Source of the DNA: Candidatus Colimorpha enterica
GTDB lineage: Bacteria > Bacillota > Clostridia > Oscillospirales > CAG-272
Direction: 5' to 3'
Assembly (NCBI GenBank): GCA_018065475.1
Contig: JAGHTD010000196.1
Coordinates: 1-25,384, forward strand
DNA length: 25,384 nt
The notes under the pieces are model-generated. The model was given only the letters and a program-made list of their open reading frames with translations, had not been told where the DNA came from and ran no database searches. A program made the position numbers and the translations under genes. Shown piece by piece: positions 14,631 to 22,284 of this stretch. The first letter of the stretch is position 1. Each line of letters starts with the position of its first letter.

Positions 14631-16445
14631 TTACCACTGAGCCACGGGTGTGACCTTTGCGCTCTTTGCGCTCTCGTCGTCTGCGGCGAAGGCAACGGCG
14701 ATCGTGTAAGCGTCCTTGCCCTTCATATTGATGACGAGCTTGCGTGTGCCGTCGTTGGGGGACTGACCTTCGATCTTCGGCGAACCGGGATGAGACTTTG
14801 CCTCTGCAACGGCGAACTCACCGTCAGCGAGGATCTCGCACCAGAAGGTCTTGCCGTCCTGGGTGAGCTTTGCGGTCTTGCCGCCGTTCAGGATCTCAAT
14901 GTCGGCGCAGGTGTGTGCGTACCAGTAGAGGTCGTCCTCTGCGGAGCATTTGATGTCGTCCTGGATGAGAACGGCTCCTGTCTTCTTGATGAGCTTGAGA
15001 CCGCGAAGGACGTTCTGACCGTAGTAAGCGGAGGTCATATCTGCGACCGCGAACGCCTCGTTCTCGTTTGAAGCGCAGGCGGAAATGTAGGTCTCGCCCG
15101 CCCACTTCTGGTCGGGAAGCTCGTTCGGGTTGAATACGACCGTGTTATGCCCCTCTGCGCGGACACGGTAGCTCTGATAGCAGCCTTTAAGGTTGTAGTT
15201 TTCTTTTTCAACGTCGGTGATGAAACGCGTGTCGGCGTAATCGACGATGAAGTCGCCCATATCGAGATGACCGTGGCAGACCTGGTTGTGACCGAAGTGG
15301 ATGCCCGTGAATACCGCGTCGTGATCCCATCCGGTACGGAACGTCGCGTTGGGAACGTCCTTCTGAACGTAATCGGTGGAAAGGTCGCTGATCGGCTTGT
15401 ATTCTTCGGTTCTGTAATGGACGGCGTCATAGCTGTCGGGATTTACCTTGCCCGCTATGATCGCGTCGATTCTCATAGCCGAAAGCGTGTAGTCGCCGGT
15501 GATGTGTCCGAGCCAGAGCAGGTCGGAGCAGTTCATGTTGGTGTATACGCCGCCGTCACCGAACTGGAAGGACTTGTACTCGTTGTTGGAGATCATAAGG
15601 GCGAAGTTTCCGGTCTTTTGGATGCCTTCCCAGTCGCAGAGGTCGAAAATGGAACCGACCGCGCTCTCAAGGAACGCTGCGTAGAGGGTGAGCTGTTCCT
15701 GACCGTAATGCCAGTAGGAGGAGCCCTCCATGTAGGAGCCGTCCCTGCCCTCGTAGATGTTGCGGATGAACTTGTATATCTCTCTGTAAACGTAGGTGAA
15801 GACGATCTCGCACTCTGCGGCTACGTCGCCTTCGTCGAACATCGCCATAGCGGCGGTGGCGATACCGCCTCCGCAGATGAACTTCCAGTTGTCGCCGGGA
15901 GTGTCGTTGTACCAGTTGTAGCCGGTCTGTCTGCGCGTCTGATAGAAATCGCACTCGAATGCGTGATGGAAGGAGTTGTTGACGATGGTCTTGCGGCATT
16001 TTGCTCTCTGCTCCTCGGTCATCTCGTGGTAGAACCAGTCGTAGCCGAAGCCCATGAACATTGCCGTCCAGCCGACGTCGAGATAGTGGTGCTCGGCGTT
16101 CCAGTCGGGCCACTCGGAGACGTTGACAAGCTCTGCGACCGCTCTGTCGGCGTACTTCTTCTCACCGGTGAGATAGTAAGCGAAGGCTAGGTCGAGGAGA
16201 TAGTTGTGGATGGTGTTGTGCTCTGCGGCGCGGAGACCGTCGTAGATACGGAACTGACCGAGACGCTTGTCGAGAGCGGCGTCTGCCTTTGCGATGACCG
16301 TTCCGTAGATCTTCTGCGCTACGGGATCGGTGGCGTAGGCGTTTTTCATTGCCGCAAGTCTGTCTTCGGTGAAAAGAAGACGGGGATGAACGCCGCGGCT
16401 GTGTTTCCACAGTTCGGCATATACTTCATGCTCGTTTTTTAACAT
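14631..16445 (-). CDS. Heparinase II/III-like polysaccharide/oligosaccharide lyase (alpha/alpha toroid plus beta-sandwich), no evident signal peptide
   Basis: HPRLLFT, WNAEHHYLD, NWKFI, GSYMEGSSYWHYG, HGHLDMGDF, RAEGHNTVVFN. Start 16445 (MLKN) chosen because GGAGGT lies 7 nt upstream; the ORF track gives 16460. Confidence 0.78.
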   Translation of the reverse strand: MLKNEHEVYAELWKHSRGVHPRLLFTEDRLAAMKNAYATDPVAQKIYGTVIAKADAALDKRLGQFRIYDGLRAAEHNTIHNYLLDLAFAYYLTGEKKYADRAVAELVNVSEWPDWNAEHHYLDVGWTAMFMGFGYDWFYHEMTEEQRAKCRKTIVNNSFHHAFECDFYQTRRQTGYNWYNDTPGDNWKFICGGGIATAAMAMFDEGDVAAECEIVFTYVYREIYKFIRNIYEGRDGSYMEGSSYWHYGQEQLTLYAAFLESAVGSIFDLCDWEGIQKTGNFALMISNNEYKSFQFGDGGVYTNMNCSDLLWLGHITGDYTLSAMRIDAIIAGKVNPDSYDAVHYRTEEYKPISDLSTDYVQKDVPNATFRTGWDHDAVFTGIHFGHNQVCHGHLDMGDFIVDYADTRFITDVEKENYNLKGCYQSYRVRAEGHNTVVFNPNELPDQKWAGETYISACASNENEAFAVADMTSAYYGQNVLRGLKLIKKTGAVLIQDDIKCSAEDDLYWYAHTCADIEILNGGKTAKLTQDGKTFWCEILADGEFAVAEAKSHPGSPKIEGQSPNDGTRKLVINMKGKDAYTIAVAFAADDESAKSAKVTPVAQW

Positions 16446-16508
16446 ATTCATTACCTCCATGGTAAGATGCCGCCCGACGGGCAGGCATTACGTTTTTTTG
16501 CTTCTCCC

Positions 16509-16537
16509 ATTATAGTACAATGAGGGAAAATAGTCAA
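16509..16537 (-). promoter_or_regulatory. Sigma-A/70 promoter for the lyase gene
   Basis: Minus strand TTGACT (16537-16532), 17 bp spacer, TATAAT (16514-16509). Confidence 0.75.
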
Positions 16538-16558
16538 CCCTTTATGGGCATTTTGTGA

Positions 16559-17224
16559 TTATTTTTTCGGAAGGACGTAACAGTCGTACCTTATCGCCTT
16601 GCCGCTTATCGAATATCCCGGCTTTCTGCCCGCGAGATACGGGGCTTTCAGCGGACGTTTGACGATGATCTTCTGCGGGAGGGCAGACAGGGCGGCGTCG
16701 AATAGTTCCTCCTCGTCGGCGCAGGGTTTTTCGAGGCCGTGGATGAGCTGAAACTTCTTCTTGACCTCGGCACTCTTCGTCCGTTCGGGAAACATCGGGT
16801 CGAGAAAGATGACGTCGGCGACACCTACGAGGGAGGGAAGGGCGGCGATGCTATCCTCGGCACGGAGCTCCATCCGTGAGGCGATCTCCGATATTCCGTG
16901 GTCCGCCTTCGCCCGTTCAAGTCCGTCGGAAAGCAGGGAGGAGATCACCCCGTCACGCTCGAAAAGGATGACTCTGAAGCCCGCGGCGGCAAGAAGAAAA
17001 GAGTCCTCGCCCATTCCCGCCGTTGCGTCGATGACCGTCAGCCCTTCGGCGGAGTTTTTTATCTTCGCCGCTCTCACAACTAGCTCGCCGCCGAGGTTGT
17101 TCGGCTTCAATCGCCTTGAAAGCGCCGAAAAGTCGCACTTTATCTCAATTTTTCCATCGGTGAGCGCAAGCCCGCCGTCGGTCTTTATCAGTTTTACGCC
17201 ACTAAGGCAGTTCATTTCGTCCAT
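16559..17224 (-). CDS. rsmJ: Class I SAM-dependent methyltransferase, RsmJ/YhiQ-like (16S rRNA m2G1516 family)
   Basis: VIDATAGMGEDSFLLA, VIFLDPMFP, KSAEVKK, IIVKRP, GKAIRYDCY. Confidence 0.8.
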   Translation of the reverse strand: MDEMNCLSGVKLIKTDGGLALTDGKIEIKCDFSALSRRLKPNNLGGELVVRAAKIKNSAEGLTVIDATAGMGEDSFLLAAAGFRVILFERDGVISSLLSDGLERAKADHGISEIASRMELRAEDSIAALPSLVGVADVIFLDPMFPERTKSAEVKKKFQLIHGLEKPCADEEELFDAALSALPQKIIVKRPLKAPYLAGRKPGYSISGKAIRYDCYVLPKK

Positions 17225-17244
17225 AACCGTTTCTCCGTACTCAT

Positions 17245-17272
17245 ATTATATCAAAAAGGAAAGAAAAATCAA
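17245..17272 (-). promoter_or_regulatory. Probable promoter for the rsmJ-like gene
   Basis: Minus strand TTGATT (17272-17267), 16 bp spacer, TGaTATAAT (-10 at 17250-17245). Confidence 0.55.
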
Positions 17273-17332
17273 GATAATACTTGAAAAAAACGGAGGAAAA
17301 AGAGATCCTCCTCGGCAAAATGTAAAAATATA

Positions 17333-17361
17333 TTGACATTGAAATGAGTTTGTGATATTAT
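17333..17361 (+). promoter_or_regulatory. Near-consensus sigma-A/70 promoter for the second acyltransferase (possibly also msrA and the HNH gene)
   Basis: TTGACA (17333-17338), 17 bp spacer, TGaTATTAT (-10 at 17356-17361). Confidence 0.8.
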
Positions 17362-17408
17362 TAAACAAAAAATGAAAACTTATAATATAAGGAGAGAAAT
17401 CAGACAAC

Positions 17409-18463
17409 ATGGTAAAAGAGCGGAATTATGGAATTGAATTATTGAGACTGGTGCTGATGTTTATGGTTTGTGTACTCCATACACTGGGCCGGGGGGGGGG
17501 GTACTGAACGCAAGCGTTCAAGGCTCTGTCAACTATAAAATATATTGGTTTTTAGAAGCAATGGCATACTGCGCCGTTGACGGATTTGCTTTGATAAGCG
17601 GATATGTGGCAGTCGATAAGCCGAGAAAATATGAACGGCTTGTTGAGATGTGGTTTCAGGTCGTTTTTTATTCGTTGGTCGTAACAGTCGTCATGACTTT
17701 GTTCGGCCTGTCCGACAGACTGTCGGTTATAGACATTATCAAATGCATTCTGCCCGTAACGGCGGGTAAGTTCTGGTATTTTACGGCGTTTTTCTGCCTT
17801 TATTTTGCAATTCCCGTGCTCAACAGGTTCCTGTTCAGCGTTGATGAGGTTATGGCGAAAAAGGCTCTGATTATTTTTGCGGTCCTGTTTTCCTTAATGG
17901 AAACATTGAACGGACCGTTCAAAACGAACAGCGGTTATTCCGCTCTTTGGCTTATCGCTCTTTACTGTATCGGAGTCCTTGCAAAAAGGATAAAACTTTT
18001 TGAGAAAAAAAGCAATTTGTTTTTAATAATAAGCTGGCTTTTATGTGTAATAGTCAGTTGGGCTGTGAAAATGTATCTCGGCACGGGACGGTTGATTTCT
18101 TATACTTCGCCGACAATTCTGCTGTGCGGGATGATTATGGTCATCTTGTTTTCGAGAATAAAGATAAAAGGCACAGTGATAAAATCAGTATCTCCTTTGG
18201 CATTCGGTATCTACCTGTTTCAGCTGAATCAGGTGATTTGGGGCAAGGTTCTCGGCGGAAGATTTTCGTTTGTCGCAGATGAGCCGCTGTATATCGGCGT
18301 GGTTCTCGTGTTTGCGTTCTCACTTTGCATATTCCTTGCCGGATTGGCTGTCGAGTTCGTCAGAAGCAAGTTGGCAAACCTTTTGAGAATACCTTTGCTC
18401 AGCAAGAAAATTGTATCATTGTTTGACTGGACAATGTCAAAACTGTTTTTTATAATGAATTAA
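17409..18463 (+). pseudogene. Acyltransferase family 3, frameshifted at a G11 tract (phase-variable OFF allele, pseudogene or homopolymer error)
   Basis: ATG 17409 gives MVKERNYGIELLRLVLMFMVCVLHTLGRGGGY*, stopping at 17505-17507. The rest (VLNAS...YCAVDGFALISGY...FWYFTAF...AFGIYLFQ) continues in another frame to 18463. The N-terminus aligns with the paralog at 5744. Confidence 0.85.
17491..17501 (+). repeat. G11 homopolymer at the frameshift
   Basis: CTGGGCC-G11-TACTGA; G9 or G12 restores the frame. Confidence 0.9.
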
Positions 18464-18497
18464 ACCGAAAGATATTTACGGACGGAGCAAATAAAAA

Positions 18498-19001
18498 ATG
18501 AAAAAAGCGTATTTTGCGGGTGGGTGCTTCTGGTGTATGGAAAGCGCGCTGAGGGACGCCGAGGGCGTGATAAAAGCCGTGAGCGGATATTCCGGCGGCG
18601 GGGAGAGAAACCCGAAATACGAGGATGTGAAGGCGCAGAGAACGGGACACCGCGAGACGGTGGAGATCGAATACGACGAGAAAAAGACCTCGTTCGAGAC
18701 CCTGCTCGGAGTTTACCTTTGCAGTATTGACCCGAACGACGGGGAAGGGCAGTTCATAGACAGAGGACGTTCCTACACCTGCGCCGTTTACTGCAACGAC
18801 GACCGTGAGGAGGAGATCACCCGCGCGGCGCTTGACGCACTCGAAAAGGAAAGCGGGATGAAGCCGATGGTTTCGGTGGAACGCTTCGCCTTCTTCTGCC
18901 CCGCCGAGGAGTACCACATCGGCTACTCGCTGAAAAACCCCGAGGCGTATAAGGAAGAATACCGTGTGTCGGGAAGAGAAGAGTTTTTTGGGAAGAAATG
19001 A
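18498..19001 (+). CDS. msrA: Peptide-methionine (S)-S-oxide reductase
   Basis: FAGGCFWC, SGYSGG, TGHRETV, GQFIDRG, AEEYH. Confidence 0.93.
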   Translation: MKKAYFAGGCFWCMESALRDAEGVIKAVSGYSGGGERNPKYEDVKAQRTGHRETVEIEYDEKKTSFETLLGVYLCSIDPNDGEGQFIDRGRSYTCAVYCNDDREEEITRAALDALEKESGMKPMVSVERFAFFCPAEEYHIGYSLKNPEAYKEEYRVSGREEFFGKK

Positions 19002-19043
19002 TTTTTTGGAAAAACATTATTATATTACGATTGAGAGGCAAAA

Positions 19044-19403
19044 ATGGATATATCTGAATTATTGAATGAATATGAAAAAGAATTGACTTGCCAGTATAAA
19101 GACGAGACGTATTCTGTACGAGATAACGGAGCAGTATATCGTCATCCAAAAGCTGGAAAAAGGCCGCGACCGACGGACGGCAAATGGACTTTTGGCAAAT
19201 ATGATGAAAAAAATGGATATGCTTTTATTGCCGGAGAACCCGTTCACAGAATTGTTGCGACTGCGTTTAACGGTGCGGCTCCTACTACTCAACACGTTGT
19301 TGATCACATTGACACAAATCGCAGAAACAACCGCCCCGAAAACCTGAGGTGGGTAACTAAACTTGAAAATGTATTACTGAATCCGGTTACCGCAAAAAAA
19401 TAG
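19044..19403 (+). CDS. HNH endonuclease domain (HNH_3-like); probably the N-terminal part of a longer frameshifted protein
   Basis: VHRIVATAF...VVDHIDTNRRNNRPENLRWVT; ends GCA AAA AAA TAG at an A7 run. Confidence 0.8.
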   Translation: MDISELLNEYEKELTCQYKDETYSVRDNGAVYRHPKAGKRPRPTDGKWTFGKYDEKNGYAFIAGEPVHRIVATAFNGAAPTTQHVVDHIDTNRRNNRPENLRWVTKLENVLLNPVTAKK

Positions 19404-20755
19404 TGATGTTGTGCGGAAGCATAGAAAACTTTTTGAAAGATCCGACAATATTGCGGGTAAGTGAAGAGCAAAAAGATTTTGCTTGGATGAGAGCAGTTTC
19501 AAAAGAAGAAGCGGCGGCAAGCTTGGAAAGAATGCAGAATTGGGTAAAAAGCGATTCTCCAAGGACAAACGGTACTTTGGGAGAATGGATTTATCAAAGA
19601 CAATATATTATGACTAAGAAAAAGAAAGAAGAGAAGACTGCTGCCCAAATAGAAGAAGAAAAAATCAGAAAAGAGCAAGAAAAAATAAAGAAAGAGCAAG
19701 AGAAGCAAGTTCAAAAAGAAAAAGAAGCGATTGAGAAACAAAAGTGGAGGGAACGAAAATACAACCCGTTTGATTTTCCAAGACCTACGAGCCCGGAAAA
19801 TACCGTGAAAATGTATAGAACTGACACGGAATTATTCAATCTTTTGTTGTCGGATTTGGAGAACAAAAAAGAGATTACTGTGCCCGATCTAATTATGCGT
19901 ACGGCGGGGAGAGGATTAAAAATCAAAGATTCATGGACGATCGACTATGAAAAGGTCGAACGTCCCGACGGTGAAAAGAAAAAAGTCCCGCAATATCTAC
20001 TTTTGGATTGTCCCGATCAAATGTTAGCACTGCTTGTTAAAAGGAAAAAGATCATAAGCGAAGATGAACTCGATAATTTGAAAAAGCATAAATATAACAT
20101 TCTTGAGATTGATTTGTCGTGGGCGAAAGACGGTGTCACGGAAGACGAGATGAAATACATCCTTCACACCGACGTGAGCAAAAAGAAATGGATATATCAC
20201 GAAAAAACAGCCGATGCAAGACAACGAGCAGAGAAAATATGTGAGCAAGTGCAAAGCGGAGGACATGGCGTTTTACATTCCTATTACATTTGCCCACTAT
20301 CCTCCAAAAGTTTGCAAGACTTAAATTGCTTTTATTGTGATTATCGTCTTGACAATGATAATGCAGAAATGCCAATGGTATGTTTTGGAAAATCAGGCGT
20401 GAAATCGTATGAAGAACTTATGTCAATAACTAATGTTGAAAGAGAAGATGATAAAATCAAAAGGATCACTTTCCTTAAAGATGGAAGAGAAGTTGTGAAA
20501 GAATACAATGATGTGGTGCTTGAAGGGAAAACTCTGTTCCAATTATGGGATGAAAAAACCACCGACAGCATTGTTGCGAAAAATATTCTCAGTGGAGTGT
20601 TTGTGATGATATACGAAAACCCCTATGAGACCCTCAATGAATACGAATGTGTCTATGGCAAGTTTGGTCGTGATCTTGAATCACTATACAAGAGCGAAGA
20701 ACGCGAGATATATAGCGCCGATTGCTATATTTGGGAATGCGTTAATCAGCAATAG
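19403..20755 (+). CDS. Hypothetical protein: Lys/Glu-rich coiled-coil linker plus a possible degenerate CoiA-like/PD-(D/E)xK fold and a Cys cluster; likely the -1-frame continuation of the HNH ORF
   Basis: 450-codon AT-rich ORF whose GTG overlaps the HNH stop. KEQEK repeats; NILEIDLS...KKWIYH; CPLS...CFYC. The domain call is weak. Confidence 0.55.
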   Translation: MMLCGSIENFLKDPTILRVSEEQKDFAWMRAVSKEEAAASLERMQNWVKSDSPRTNGTLGEWIYQRQYIMTKKKKEEKTAAQIEEEKIRKEQEKIKKEQEKQVQKEKEAIEKQKWRERKYNPFDFPRPTSPENTVKMYRTDTELFNLLLSDLENKKEITVPDLIMRTAGRGLKIKDSWTIDYEKVERPDGEKKKVPQYLLLDCPDQMLALLVKRKKIISEDELDNLKKHKYNILEIDLSWAKDGVTEDEMKYILHTDVSKKKWIYHEKTADARQRAEKICEQVQSGGHGVLHSYYICPLSSKSLQDLNCFYCDYRLDNDNAEMPMVCFGKSGVKSYEELMSITNVEREDDKIKRITFLKDGREVVKEYNDVVLEGKTLFQLWDEKTTDSIVAKNILSGVFVMIYENPYETLNEYECVYGKFGRDLESLYKSEEREIYSADCYIWECVNQQ

Positions 20756-20769
20756 CATTTGCAAAAAAG

Positions 20770-20794
20770 AAAAAGGACGCGGTGCGTCCTTTTT
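20770..20794. terminator. Bidirectional intrinsic terminator
   Basis: AAAAAGGACGC-GGT-GCGTCCTTTTT between convergent genes. Confidence 0.9.
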
Positions 20795-20808
20795 GCTTTC
20801 AATGTGAA

Positions 20809-20985
20809 TTACTTGAACTTGCGCTTTCTTGCAGCTTCTGCCTTTTTCTTGCGCTTTACGCTGGGCTTCTCGTAGCATTCTCTCTTGCGGAGCTCTGCGA
20901 GAACACCGGATCTCTGACACTGTCTTTTGAATCTGCGGAGTGCGCTGTCAAGAGATTCGTTTTCCTTTAATCTGATTTCTGCCAT
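20809..20985 (-). CDS. rpsU: 30S ribosomal protein S21 (58 aa; absent from the ORF track)
   Basis: Manual translation [58 protein letters not shown]; RBS GGAGG. Confidence 0.97.
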   Translation of the reverse strand: MAEIRLKENESLDSALRRFKRQCQRSGVLAELRKRECYEKPSVKRKKKAEAARKRKFK

Positions 20986-21040
20986 TTATTTTCCCTCCCC
21001 TCGCAAGCAAAGAGATACTTTCCTTAATTTCACGCTATGT

Positions 21041-21069
21041 ATTATACAACACAAAACGCAAAATGTCAA
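21041..21069 (-). promoter_or_regulatory. Consensus sigma-A/70 promoter for rpsU
   Basis: Minus strand TTGACA (21069-21064), 17 bp spacer, TATAAT (21046-21041). Confidence 0.88.
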
Positions 21070-21090
21070 GAATAAAAACAAAGAAAATGA

Positions 21091-22284
21091 TTATTTTTCC
21101 CTTATTTGGTCAAGAAGCGTGAAAAAATCCGGGAAACTTTTGGAAACGTGCTCCTCACCCTCGACTTTTCCGCCCGTGTATGAGAGGATGACGGTGAGCG
21201 CCATGGCTATCCTGTGGTCGGAACGTGAGGACACGGTGACGTCCTCCGGGAACTCATCGACCTCGCCGACGTCGATGAAACCTTCGCCGACGGTGACGGG
21301 GACGCCGAACTTCCCAAGCTCCTCCGCCATCGCCCTGCCTCTGTCGCTTTCCTTGCCTTCAAGCCGGTCGGTACCGGTCAGGTGCGCGCCGTAGAAAAAC
21401 GGGGCAACTGCCATCAGGACGGGAGCAAGATCGGGGCAGTCGGTGACGTCGATCTCGGCCTTTCCTCTTTTCAGTCTGCCGAGCAGGAGCTTTATCGCTC
21501 TGTCACCCTGGCAGGAGGCGTTTTCAAGGCCTTTTACCGTGATCTCCGAGCCGACTGCGTTGAGAGCGAAAAGCGGCGCGGCGGCGCTCCAGTCGCCCTC
21601 GGCGGTGTATTCGGTCGGGAGCGTTCCCGCGCAGGAGGGGACGACGATCCTGTCGCTGACCGAAAGGTTCACGCCGAACGAGGAAAGCACCGACAGCGTC
21701 ATAGCTATATAGGGCTTCGATACCGTCTCTCCCTCGACCTCGATAACGGAATAGCCGTGCAGGTGGGGAAGGGCGAGCATAAGCCCGCTGACGAACTGGC
21801 TCGAAACCGAGCCGTCAACGGTGAAAAACCCGTTTTCGAGCTTCTCTCCGCTGACGAAAAGGGCTCCGTCCTCGATGTGCATATCAATGCCGTTGCGGTC
21901 GCAGAGCGTCTGATACGCCTCCATTGGGCGGGAAAGCAGTCTTTCGCTCCCCTTGAAACGCATCGTTTTCCCGCTGATAATCGCAAACGGGATGAGAAAG
22001 CGGAGCGTCGAGCCGCTCTCGCGGCAGTCGAGGGTGACGCCATCGGGAATGTCTTCGACCGACGTTCCCTTTACGACTGCGTCGCTCCCTTTAATTTTTA
22101 TGGCGGCACCGAGCTTGCGGAGACATTCGACGGTCGCAATGACGTCGTCGCAGACCGCAAAATTGTGTATCACGCTCTCCCCGTCGGCAAAGGCGGCGCA
22201 GATGAGCGCGCGGTGAAGTATGCTTTTTGACGGCGGGACGGTGATCTCGCCGCAGTATAACCCTTTCGGGATGATCTTTGTCAT
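21091..22284 (-). CDS. aroA: 3-phosphoshikimate 1-carboxyvinyltransferase (EPSP synthase)
   Basis: PPSKSILHR, ESGSTLRF, SSQFVSG, DCPDL, KESDR, DHRIAM, KSFPDFF. Confidence 0.92.
   Translation of the reverse strand: MTKIIPKGLYCGEITVPPSKSILHRALICAAFADGESVIHNFAVCDDVIATVECLRKLGAAIKIKGSDAVVKGTSVEDIPDGVTLDCRESGSTLRFLIPFAIISGKTMRFKGSERLLSRPMEAYQTLCDRNGIDMHIEDGALFVSGEKLENGFFTVDGSVSSQFVSGLMLALPHLHGYSVIEVEGETVSKPYIAMTLSVLSSFGVNLSVSDRIVVPSCAGTLPTEYTAEGDWSAAAPLFALNAVGSEITVKGLENASCQGDRAIKLLLGRLKRGKAEIDVTDCPDLAPVLMAVAPFFYGAHLTGTDRLEGKESDRGRAMAEELGKFGVPVTVGEGFIDVGEVDEFPEDVTVSSRSDHRIAMALTVILSYTGGKVEGEEHVSKSFPDFFTLLDQIREK

Noticed and set aside
13964-14653. 229-aa ORF (and the 108-aa antisense ORF) across the intergenic gap
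   Set aside because: Arg/Pro/Ala-rich with no motif or RBS, runs through palindromes and a terminator, and lies between two terminators; a by-product of GC-rich sequence.
1182-16190. Long antisense ORFs such as 1182-2585, 9153-10289, 11319-12425 and 15147-16190
   Set aside because: They are shadows of real genes on the other strand, expected from GC-rich codon usage, and carry no motifs.
17372-17437. 21-codon upstream ORF before the second acyltransferase
   Set aside because: No RBS, no telling composition, and short ORFs are expected in AT-rich DNA.
705-19001. A coordinated damage-repair system (msrC, alkD-like, msrA)
   Set aside because: The genes are far apart, in separate transcription units, and share no visible operator.
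17230-20760. Prophage, ICE or IS element explaining the AT-rich segment
   Set aside because: No integrase, transposase, phage gene or flanking att/direct repeat was seen.
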